Shown in pieces: positions 51,757-59,771 of a stretch of 59,771 nt of DNA. The notes beneath the pieces were generated by a model. That model saw only the letters and a list, made by a program, of their open reading frames with translations. It made no database searches and was not told the DNA's origin. The DNA is from Cyanobacteria bacterium P01_D01_bin.156 (lineage in GTDB: Bacteria > Cyanobacteriota > Cyanobacteriia > Phormidesmidales > Phormidesmidaceae), in contig JBCCQQ010000037.1 of assembly GCA_039024555.1 (NCBI GenBank), positions 1-59,771 of the forward strand, given 5' to 3'. The position numbers and the translations under genes were made by a program. How positions within the stretch are numbered: position 1 is the stretch's first letter; every line of letters starts with the position of its first letter.

Positions 51757-52323
51757 GTGGAGTCAATGATGGTAAGGCCTAGTAAAATCTCAGCGATGGG
51801 AATGGAACTTGAATTTTATCTCCTTGAAAAGTGTCATGCGTTGGCTATTCTAAATTGGCAATATCCTGCCCCTTATGATTGTTACAACTTTCCACAAGAC
51901 AATCACCAAACAGATCTGTCGTATCTTTTAGACCGACAAAATAGCTTTTTAGCAATGCTCAATCAGTATAGAGAACTGGTCGGCTATTGTTCGTTTGGAG
52001 CGGATGGTCAAGTGCCCGGAGGAGATTATAGTGACCAAGCTCTGGATATCGGTATGGGGATAAGGCCTGATTTAGTAGGTCAGGGCAATGGTAAGCAATA
52101 TGTCATGGCAGTTGCCCACTATGGCGTCCAGCGATACCAAACCAGCCAGCTTCGGGTCACCATTGCTGCGTTTAATCAAAGAGCACAACGTGTCTGGCAT
52201 TCACTAGGTTTCGAACCAGTTGAGACTTTTTATAAAACGAACAGCCGAGAACAGTTTGTTGTGATGGTGGGTTTTGGCGCGTCCTCATCTAGACATTGCA
52301 TTTTTTACCCGTACACAAGCTGA
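51757..52323 (+). CDS. GNAT N-acetyltransferase (RimJ/RimL-like)
   Basis: W.YP.PYD.Y, DIGMGIRPDLVGQGNG, VTIAAFNQRA..V...LGF. Confidence 0.85.
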   Translation: MESMMVRPSKISAMGMELEFYLLEKCHALAILNWQYPAPYDCYNFPQDNHQTDLSYLLDRQNSFLAMLNQYRELVGYCSFGADGQVPGGDYSDQALDIGMGIRPDLVGQGNGKQYVMAVAHYGVQRYQTSQLRVTIAAFNQRAQRVWHSLGFEPVETFYKTNSREQFVVMVGFGASSSRHCIFYPYTS

Positions 52324-52538
52324 TGCGCCCGCCGACCCAGCTGTAGGAATGTCCTAGCACAAGAACTCACCGCCACACCAGTAAATGACTCTAATGGCTG
52401 GGCATATCTTCTAAAGAAGATGGCAGAGACGCATTAGAGTAGACACAGACATCTCAAGAAGCGTGCTCTTAACAGAACCCACTAGGGTAACCAGTAGCCA
52501 TCATAAGCCATTGACTGAATGTTACTATCCATCAAAAA

Positions 52539-52611
52539 AGCTGGTGATCCGACTCGAACGGACGACCGGCTGATTACAAATCAGCTGCTCTACCAACTGA
52601 GCTACACCAGC
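52539..52611 (-). tRNA. trnT: tRNA-Thr(TGT)
   Basis: GCTGGTGTAGCTCAGTTGGTAGAGCAGCTGATTTGTAATCAGCCGGTCGTCCGTTCGAGTCGGATCACCAGCT: cloverleaf, anticodon TGT, no encoded CCA. Confidence 0.96.
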
Positions 52612-52763
52612 GAAGCTTTAGCATTATAACTAAGTTTGGCACTTTAATTAACTCGTTTTCAAAGTTAATTTGAAAGCTAGTGGTCGTTGGCACAACTAGC
52701 CTGGCCAAGGCAGGCCCACGGCAAGTTGCCTGCCCCTAACATCGATTCCCTTGCTCCTAAAAA

Positions 52764-53411
52764 CTAGGCTTTATTATTTTCCATGGCCCAGCGAGCGAGC
52801 TCGGTACGATTATGTAAGCCTGTTTTGCCTAGCATATTGCTGACATGGCTTTCAATCGTACGCTGGCTTACCTTAAGCTCCTCTGCGATTTCTCGATTCG
52901 CCATGCCTCGAGCTACGAACTGTACCACCTTGAGTTCAGTGGGTGTGAGCTCTACATCGAATGGCACTTGAATCGTTGGTGCACCGCCGCCCGCCTTATT
53001 CTGATGCTGAATCAGTCGAGACGCTTGCTTTAGAGAAGACTCTACTTGGGCAACAAGTTCTTCAGGTTCAAAGGGCTTGACCATATACACATCGGCACCT
53101 GTAGTCAGGCCCTTTACTCGGTCTTGGCTCTGGCCCTTAGCGGATAGAAATAAAATTGGAATCCAACTCTTACCTGGATCTTGGCGTACCTTTTCCACAA
53201 AGGCATAACCATCCATCTCGGGCATCATGACATCACAAATGATCATATCGGGCACCAAGCCGCCTAGGACATCTAGTGCCTCATGTCCATTGCCTGCGGT
53301 GACGACTTCATAACCGCGAAACTCGAGATAATCTCTCACCAGCAAGATTAAGTTTGGATCATCATCTATAAGTAAGAGTTTCTTAGGGTCGCTGTTCGTA
53401 GATTCTTTCAT
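52764..53411 (-). CDS. NarL/LuxR-family response regulator
   Basis: IDDD, CDVMMP, KPF receiver; LTPTE..V...VA.G..NREIA..L..S.RTIESHVSN HTH. Confidence 0.93.
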   Translation of the reverse strand: MKESTNSDPKKLLLIDDDPNLILLVRDYLEFRGYEVVTAGNGHEALDVLGGLVPDMIICDVMMPEMDGYAFVEKVRQDPGKSWIPILFLSAKGQSQDRVKGLTTGADVYMVKPFEPEELVAQVESSLKQASRLIQHQNKAGGGAPTIQVPFDVELTPTELKVVQFVARGMANREIAEELKVSQRTIESHVSNMLGKTGLHNRTELARWAMENNKA

Positions 53412-53714
53412 GCCGTGTACTTGTTTTACTCGAAGTCTATAAGGATGGAACGATAACAGTAATCCAATGAATTAGTTTGTCATGGCTTAAATGTTAGTGA
53501 GTAGAGCTAAATCGCCTTGGAATAAGTGATTGGCTCATATATATCCCTGTTGATGATACTGTACGGACTATCATCAGTCAGGGGAGTTTTATTAAGCCAG
53601 GTTAAATTTATAGCAAGGTTGCACACAATTAAATTTTGTTGTTGAGAAAGAGAATTCAGTCAACTGCTTTTATTTCAATTGCTTGAAGTATTATCTCGAA
53701 TCAAGTGTTCCCAC

Positions 53715-54140
53715 TTAATCAATAGGATCACGGATCTCCCGGTACTTATTTTCATCAGATAGGGGGTTTTTCAGGAAAGCGTACTCTGCGACTACTTGAT
53801 TACCGATCAGGTGCTCTTGAATAATCCTTTCTATTACCTCCGGAGTAGCACTGTGATACCAAACACCATCGGGGTAAACCACCAGGATAGGACCTTGCTG
53901 ACAAACGCGTAGGCAGTTTGCCTTAGTACGAAATACGCAGCTAGATCGCTCTTCAGTAGGCATATCTAGACGTAGTTCTTTTAACCGCTTTTTGAGATAG
54001 TTCCAGGCTTCAATACTGCTGGCTTTGTCGCAGCATTTGGGCTTGGTTTGATCTGCACAGATGAAAATATGACGCTCAATGGATTCGAGCGCCAACGCAT
54101 CTACACAATTTGATAAAGAGGTACTCATGGACGAGAACAT
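53715..54140 (-). CDS. Thioredoxin-like [2Fe-2S] ferredoxin
   Basis: [24 protein letters not shown]. Confidence 0.88.
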   Translation of the reverse strand: MFSSMSTSLSNCVDALALESIERHIFICADQTKPKCCDKASSIEAWNYLKKRLKELRLDMPTEERSSCVFRTKANCLRVCQQGPILVVYPDGVWYHSATPEVIERIIQEHLIGNQVVAEYAFLKNPLSDENKYREIRDPID

Positions 54141-54163
54141 ACCACTATGGGAGATAAAGACCT

Positions 54164-54964
54164 ATGGGCCTGATCACACTGTTAACGGATTTTGGTCACA
54201 TAGATAGTTACGTCGGTGTGATGAAAGGCGTAATTGCCAGCATCAGTCCCCACTGTCAGGTGATTGATTTGACCCATGGGATTCAACCTCAGGCTATCTT
54301 AGCGGCTCGGTTTAATTTGTTGACAAGTTACAACTATTTTCCAGCGGGGACTATTCATGTGGTGGTGGTGGACCCAGGGGTGGGCACGCAGCGGGCAGTC
54401 TTGGCAGCTGAGGTTGAATCTTCGGCAGGTATACAACGGATCATTGCTCCGGATAATGGCACACTCACGGGTTTCCCTATTAATAAAGTGGTGGCTTTAA
54501 CAAATGCCAATTATTGGTTAGCCAAGCAACCGAGCTCTACGTTCCATGGTCGCGATATTTTTGCACCGGTGGCAGCGCATTTGGCGAATGGTGTAGCACT
54601 GGATCAGGTTGGCAGCGTTCTGTCAGTAGCTGATTTGGTGAGTTTGAATATTGAGGCGGCGCCAGCGCTGACTAGTCAGTTAGTAACTTCCACAAACTAC
54701 AGCGGCAGCATCCAATATATAGATTACTTCGGTAATTTAATTACCAACATTCCAGAACAGTCCTTACGTTCTCGGTCTTGGCAGATAAAGCTTGGCAATT
54801 ATTGCTTGGAGTATCACAGCACCTATGGTGAAACGGCATCCGGTACCGCTCTGGCCTTAATTGGTAGCCATGGTTATGTGGAGATTGCCATTAATGGTGG
54901 GAATGCAGCAAGGGTGATGGGCGTGCAGGTCGGGGATCTTGTAAAGATAGCGTATACGGATTGA
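54164..54964 (+). CDS. SAM hydrolase / chlorinase-fluorinase family (DUF62)
   Basis: TLLTDFG..D.YVG.MKG, VVDPGVGT.R, PDNG, TFHGRDIFAP, YIDYFGN. Confidence 0.92.
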   Translation: MGLITLLTDFGHIDSYVGVMKGVIASISPHCQVIDLTHGIQPQAILAARFNLLTSYNYFPAGTIHVVVVDPGVGTQRAVLAAEVESSAGIQRIIAPDNGTLTGFPINKVVALTNANYWLAKQPSSTFHGRDIFAPVAAHLANGVALDQVGSVLSVADLVSLNIEAAPALTSQLVTSTNYSGSIQYIDYFGNLITNIPEQSLRSRSWQIKLGNYCLEYHSTYGETASGTALALIGSHGYVEIAINGGNAARVMGVQVGDLVKIAYTD

Positions 54965-55067
54965 GGGGCTCCGATTAATACCTTTATAAAACCCCTACGG
55001 GGCACTTACGAAAATCCTAAGCGGGCGCTGAAGGGTTTCTACAGTAGGCGCACAGGAGAAAAAATCG

Positions 55068-55880
55068 ATGATTAGAAGTATCGCTAGACAATGGTCAAGT
55101 ATCGCCATTGCCTGTGTGATGGTCATAAGTGCTGGCTCTGCTAAAGCCTTTCACGATCCCGTAGAAACTTTAAGTGAACTAAAGTCTGGTGAGAATTATT
55201 TTTCGGCCCACGCAGGTGATGTGGTGATGATCCGAGCCCAAAGCAGCGGCGGAAATACCACCTGTTATCCAGAAATCACAAGTAGCGAGGGGCTGGAGCG
55301 CATCGGTCAGGTGAATCGCCATCTGAATGATCGAGCCGCCATTCTGCAGATCAATCAAGATGGGACCTACAGCTATTCACTACCGCTACCCTTGGATGAA
55401 ACCGGTAGTTGTTCCATTACGGTGGGGCCGCTAACAAGCTATGAGCACTTAATGATGGATGCGGCAGACCTGGAGCGACAGATTTTTGCCCTTTATTCAC
55501 AACCGGCGCAACAGTCTCAAACCATCGATTTAATGCAAAGGTCGTTAGCGCTTTATCAGCAGGCTATTGCGTTAGAACCTCAGTACCCAGAACCCTATGA
55601 AAGGTCTATCTCCTTGTTATTTGGGATCCATATTCCGCCTGACTTTTTAGAAACTGCCTTTGATCTCAACGATCTGGGGGCACTGTTTCTCAGCTTGCCA
55701 GAGACGGTGCGAGCCCAGCTGATCAATCACTACACCACTCTGGCCCAGATTTATGAAACATCGCCCGAATGGCAAACGAATTCAATCGATAGCGTAGAAA
55801 TACTACAGGCGTTTGCCGAGTTTATTCGCACGGGTCAACCCTCTGAAACCATGGAGAAATTTTTTACCCTTATTGATTAG
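55068..55880 (+). CDS. Hypothetical exported protein with TPR-like C-half
   Basis: Signal peptide (AKA-F); ALYQQAIALEP TPR-like motif. Confidence 0.6.
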   Translation: MIRSIARQWSSIAIACVMVISAGSAKAFHDPVETLSELKSGENYFSAHAGDVVMIRAQSSGGNTTCYPEITSSEGLERIGQVNRHLNDRAAILQINQDGTYSYSLPLPLDETGSCSITVGPLTSYEHLMMDAADLERQIFALYSQPAQQSQTIDLMQRSLALYQQAIALEPQYPEPYERSISLLFGIHIPPDFLETAFDLNDLGALFLSLPETVRAQLINHYTTLAQIYETSPEWQTNSIDSVEILQAFAEFIRTGQPSETMEKFFTLID

Positions 55881-55884
55881 CACG

Positions 55885-56226
55885 CTAACCTTGGTTAGCA
55901 CGCTCGCCATGGGTGGGACAAGGGGGGGCTTTAATGCTGCGATTTAGCCAGCCGATGGCTTGTTCTAGCCGGGGCAATGCTTCGTCTGGCTTATCGTTGA
56001 GTAAATAAACTAGGGCGGCGGCCACCTGTTCCTTGGCCCGCACCTGACGGTTAGAGTTAAGCCGATGCCAGTCCATGGGGCCAATGGCCAATTGCTGGGC
56101 AAGGGCCTGGGCTAACGCGAGGGAATCTGCATCCTTTAAAGTCTGGTCAGATGGTTGAGTCGTGATTTCACTCATGGTTAATTGCTCAAAAGCTAGCGGG
56201 CAATGCTCACTGCTATATAAGGTCAA
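55885..56226 (-). CDS. Conserved cyanobacterial protein (DUF6439-like); likely start near 56175
   Basis: LAQAL...LAI...DWHRL..NR..RA.EQ.AAAL, PPCPTHG. Confidence 0.7.
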   Translation of the reverse strand: MTLYSSEHCPLAFEQLTMSEITTQPSDQTLKDADSLALAQALAQQLAIGPMDWHRLNSNRQVRAKEQVAAALVYLLNDKPDEALPRLEQAIGWLNRSIKAPPCPTHGERANQG

Positions 56227-56300
56227 AAAATGTGGGGAGCATCGTTCCTTAGTAAGAACCTCTGCTGTACCTTTAAGTCTAGTCTGCCTGAGCCTGTGTT

Positions 56301-56636
56301 ATGAAATCTTCCCTGCCCTTAACTGAGAAGGATTTAACTGAGTTTGCCACAGCCCTAGAAGAAACAGCCAAAGATTTTAAGGCATTGCGTCAGCGCTACG
56401 GAGAAGTGCGGGATGCCTTTACCCAGCGGGCTGAAACCCGGGACAAAATTGACCAAGGACACCTGCCACGAGCAGAACTCAAGCGGCTCAAGAAACAGAT
56501 TGAGACCTTAGAAGAAACGTTAGAGAATCAGCTACTGTCCTGGAATAACCTGAAAGAACCGTTCTGGCAGATACTCCGGTTTGTGGGGTTAGGTCTGGTG
56601 TTGGGCTGGTTTTTTCGGGGCTGGTTTGGGTCGTAA
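56301..56636 (+). CDS. Coiled-coil protein with C-terminal TM anchor
   Basis: Heptad-rich body, LE..L.SW...KEPFWQ..RF.GLG...GW. Confidence 0.7.
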   Translation: MKSSLPLTEKDLTEFATALEETAKDFKALRQRYGEVRDAFTQRAETRDKIDQGHLPRAELKRLKKQIETLEETLENQLLSWNNLKEPFWQILRFVGLGLVLGWFFRGWFGS

Positions 56637-56718
56637 GCGGCAGCGCTAAATCTGAATAAATCCGGGTAAAGGGTACGGCCTGCGCTACCTTATATAGAGT
56701 CAAAATTGTAAGCATGTA

Positions 56719-58113
56719 ATGACCACCCCCCAGCGCATTAAGCACATCCTAAAATCTGGCAATCCTGGTGAGGTTGTAACCATCCAGGGTTGGGTTCGCA
56801 CGAAGCGCGATTCTAAGGCGTTTAGTTTTTTAGATGTTAATGATGGCTCTTCCATGACAGGGCTGCAGGTGATTGCGGATGCCAAGCTGGATGGGTATGA
56901 CGACGCGATGAAGCGGATCACTACGGGTGCTTCAGTGGTGGTGGCAGGGACCTTAGCTGAGTCGCCGGGTAAAGGACAGCGGGTAGAGTTACAGGCTACT
57001 AGTCTAGAAGTGGTGGGAGAATCGGATGCTGAAACCTATCCGCTACAGAAAAAGCGCCACTCTTTTGAGTTTTTACGTGGGTTAGGGCATTTGCGATCGC
57101 GTACCAATACCCTGGGTGCTGTCTTCCGGGTACGCAATGCCTGTGCCAGCGCCATCCACGATTTTTTCCAAAGCCGAGATTTTCTCTGGATACATACACC
57201 GATTATTTCTGCTAGTGACTGCGAAGGTGCGGGGGAAATGTTCACCGTCACCAACATGAACCTGGATAAACTACCCACTGGTGACAATGGCAAGGTGGAC
57301 TATGGCCAGGACTTTTTTGGTAAACCTGCCTATCTAACTGTCAGCGGTCAGCTAGAAGCCGAGATTATGGCCATGGCCTTTAGTAATGTCTATACCTTTG
57401 GCCCCACGTTTCGGGCCGAGAACTCGAACACCTCTCGCCACCTGGCAGAATTTTGGATGGTGGAGCCGGAGATGGCCTTTTGCGATCTCGAAGGTAATAT
57501 GGACTTGGCAGAAGAGTTTCTCAAGTTTGTATTTAAGCGCGTGTTAGATGACTGTGTTGACGACATAGAGTTCTTTAACAAACGTATTGAGAAAACAGTT
57601 CTAGAGACCGCCGACAACATTATCAACAACGAGTTTGAGCGGATCACCTACACTGATGCCATCAAACTATTGGAAAAGTGCGACAAGAAGTTTGAGTATC
57701 CGGTCTCTTGGGGCTTAGACATGCAGTCTGAGCATGAGCGATACTTGGCAGAAGAGTACTTTAAGAAGCCCGTGATTGTAACCGACTATCCTACGGAGAT
57801 TAAGGCATTCTACATGCGCCTCAACGAGGGTGGTAAAACGGTTGCCGCCATGGATGTATTGGCCCCTCGCATTGGCGAGATTATTGGTGGCTCCCAGCGG
57901 GAAGAGCGTTTAGATATTTTGGAAAAGCGCATTGTTGAGGCAGATTTACCCAAGGATGATTACTGGTGGTATTTAGACCTACGTCGCTATGGCACCGTAC
58001 CCCATGCAGGGTTTGGTCTCGGCTTTGAGAGACTGGTGCAGTTTATGACTGGTATGGCAAACATTCGCGATGTGATTCCATTCCCCCGCACCCCCGATAA
58101 CATAGAATTCTAG
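56719..58113 (+). CDS. asnS: Asparagine--tRNA ligase
   Basis: [51 protein letters not shown]. Confidence 0.97.
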   Translation: MTTPQRIKHILKSGNPGEVVTIQGWVRTKRDSKAFSFLDVNDGSSMTGLQVIADAKLDGYDDAMKRITTGASVVVAGTLAESPGKGQRVELQATSLEVVGESDAETYPLQKKRHSFEFLRGLGHLRSRTNTLGAVFRVRNACASAIHDFFQSRDFLWIHTPIISASDCEGAGEMFTVTNMNLDKLPTGDNGKVDYGQDFFGKPAYLTVSGQLEAEIMAMAFSNVYTFGPTFRAENSNTSRHLAEFWMVEPEMAFCDLEGNMDLAEEFLKFVFKRVLDDCVDDIEFFNKRIEKTVLETADNIINNEFERITYTDAIKLLEKCDKKFEYPVSWGLDMQSEHERYLAEEYFKKPVIVTDYPTEIKAFYMRLNEGGKTVAAMDVLAPRIGEIIGGSQREERLDILEKRIVEADLPKDDYWWYLDLRRYGTVPHAGFGLGFERLVQFMTGMANIRDVIPFPRTPDNIEF

Positions 58114-58143
58114 AAATCTGTCTACCCAATAGGCAGTGCCCTG

Positions 58144-58713
58144 TTGACAGGAGGCAACATGAGTACCGTAACACCAGCGATGACGTTAGAGGCATTTCTG
58201 GCAATGCCAGAAACAAAGCCTGGGTCTGAATTTATCAACGGTGAAGTTAGTCAGAAGCCAATGCCTCAGGGAGAACATAGCCGCTTGCAATCGAAGCTCA
58301 GTTCGGTCATTAATCAGGTGACTGAAGACGCTAAGCTTGCATACGCATTTACAGAACTGCGATGTTCATTTGGTGGAGATTCGGTCATTCCAGATATTGC
58401 GGTAGTTCGCTGGGATAGAATTCCCCGTGAATCTTCGGGACGTATAGCTAACCGATTTGAGATTGCTCCAGACTGGGCAATTGAAATTTTGTCACCGGAT
58501 CAAAGTGTAACCAAGGTACTCAAAAAACTGTTGCACTGTTCGGAGCATGGTACTGAGCTGGGTTGGTTGATTAACCCTAAAGAGACAACGGTAATATTGG
58601 TGTTACCAGAGCAGCGAGTGCAGTTTTTGGAAGGCGAGATGACATTACCAGTGTTGGATGGGGTAAAGCTATCTTTGACTGTTGACCAAGTCTTTGGCTG
58701 GTTAGAGTTTTAG
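58144..58713 (+). CDS. Uma2-family (PD-(D/E)XK) putative endonuclease
   Basis: PETKP.SE..NG...QKPMPQG.HS.LQ, PDIAV, PDWAIEILSP. Confidence 0.9.
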   Translation: MTGGNMSTVTPAMTLEAFLAMPETKPGSEFINGEVSQKPMPQGEHSRLQSKLSSVINQVTEDAKLAYAFTELRCSFGGDSVIPDIAVVRWDRIPRESSGRIANRFEIAPDWAIEILSPDQSVTKVLKKLLHCSEHGTELGWLINPKETTVILVLPEQRVQFLEGEMTLPVLDGVKLSLTVDQVFGWLEF

Positions 58714-58794
58714 ATTGTTCTGTAATTGACGCTACTGACATAGTGTTTAATTGAGATAGTGCTATCTTAGAACCAATGTATTATCAGCTTGTAG

Positions 58795-59424
58795 ATGGTT
58801 GCCACGATTGCCGTTAACAAGATTTGCTTTGAACCGGGAAGTCGGATTACGGTTCCTGATATTAGCTGGCATGAATTTGAAACCATTTTGCAAGAGCTGG
58901 GCGAGAAGCGAAGTAGCCGTATCGCCTACAGTCAGAATACGTTGGAAATTATGGTTCCTCTTCCCGATCATGAACGTAGCAAGGTTTTAATATCTGACAT
59001 TGTTAAGACCTTGCTGCGTCATCAGGGCCGTGATTGGGAATCGCTAGGGTCAACTACGTTTCGAAAAGAGCTTAAAGCAGTAGGGGTGGAGCCGGATGAT
59101 TGTTTTTATATTGCTAACTACGAAGCTGTTATCGGCAAAAGTCGTCTTGACTTAGCGATTGATCCGCCCCCGGATCTGGCTATCGAGTCGGACTATACGT
59201 CTAAGACTAAATTGGATGCTTATGTAGCATTACAGGTTCCTGAACTGTGGATCTATGATCGGGGTCTGAAAATCTATTGTTTTGAAAGTGAAGATTATCT
59301 TGAGGTGGAGACTAGTCCTAAATTTCCTGGACTGTCTATTAAGGTCATGGTTGACCAGGTGATTCAGCAGGCACAACAGGTAGGGAGTAGTAGGGCATTA
59401 CGCTCTTTTGAGGAGACGCTTTAA
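58795..59424 (+). CDS. Uma2-family putative endonuclease
   Basis: SW..FE..L, LEIM.P...HE, GVEPD.CFYI, PPPDLAIE.D, Y..L.VPE.W. Confidence 0.9.
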   Translation: MVATIAVNKICFEPGSRITVPDISWHEFETILQELGEKRSSRIAYSQNTLEIMVPLPDHERSKVLISDIVKTLLRHQGRDWESLGSTTFRKELKAVGVEPDDCFYIANYEAVIGKSRLDLAIDPPPDLAIESDYTSKTKLDAYVALQVPELWIYDRGLKIYCFESEDYLEVETSPKFPGLSIKVMVDQVIQQAQQVGSSRALRSFEETL

Positions 59425-59771
59425 TATAGGAAAATTTTCTGAAATGAAAGTAGGTACTGCATTTGTCAGATTAATAAAACCCTCTAAGATTTTGTAGTCA
59501 GCCTCCTCACCATATTCCATGACATTTGAAATACACACTGCCGCCAGTCACACAGTGATATCAGTTAGTAATACTCTGTGACTTCGCAAAGGAATTTCTT
59601 TAAACTCTTCCTTACGATAGTTTCCAATAGCGCTGACGGGGTTACACAACTGCTGCAAGCCTTATAAATTCAGTGGTTAAGAATGGGTAGATAAAAAAAG
59701 ATAGGCTAGTTTTACGAACACGACCTATCACGCCCTATGATACCGTCAATCTACCAAAGCTATCTAGAGAA

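Larger units (their letters stand above)
2793..57100. repeat. HIP1 octamers (GCGATCGC) dispersed through the window
   Basis: About 20 seen by eye, e.g. 2793, 7921, 26251, 30581, 34731, 45548, 46157, 46881, 47790, 50556, 57093. Confidence 0.9.

Noticed and set aside
54164..54964. Fluorinase/chlorinase natural-product gene
   Set aside because: It keeps the TFHGRD signature typical of widespread DUF62 SAM hydrolases and has no biosynthetic context.
2201..57647. Numerous 60-175 aa ORFs antisense to or nested in long genes
   Set aside because: They overlap well-supported genes and show no recognisable motifs.
58144..59424. Tandem Uma2 genes as a defence system
   Set aside because: Uma2 paralogs are very numerous in cyanobacteria and often lie in tandem; there are no partner genes.

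Overview
Chromosomal window from a cyanobacterium: ndhH, ntcA, pex, cyAbrB, CCB1, pentapeptide-repeat genes, and about 20 HIP1 GCGATCGC sites counted by eye. 0-39.8 kb is mostly core genes (ndhH, rsmH, fabI, ntcA, pex, pyrR, fni, sppA). Mixed among them are a dispersed cellulose-synthase system (bcsB-bcsA at 0.6-5.7 kb; porin-TPR-GH8 at 29.5-35.1 kb), a REC-GAF-PP2C/anti-sigma pair, and an intact 792-aa DNA-methyltransferase homolog whose catalytic motif is destroyed. 40.0-52.5 kb is an accessory island next to the 3' end of tRNA-Thr(TGT). It holds a purine-nitrogen utilisation cluster (GntR regulator, broken amidohydrolase, guanine deaminase, DMT, Rieske oxygenase, NCS2 permease) plus three apparently secreted low-complexity proteins and an ABM-type membrane protein. 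Four intergenic copies of one operator-like motif (ATGCT-N3-KGTATRCA) link the enzyme/transporter genes with the secreted-protein operon, and one copy overlaps the -10 box of a canonical NtcA promoter. The cluster is bracketed by two direct copies of an 85-91 bp nested-palindrome element, next to a HUH (Y1/RAYT-like) transposase relic; a third copy lies at 35.2 kb. 52.7-59.8 kb is core again (LuxR-type response regulator, ferredoxin, DUF62, asnS, two Uma2 genes). All calls come from reading motifs by eye; no database searches were run.
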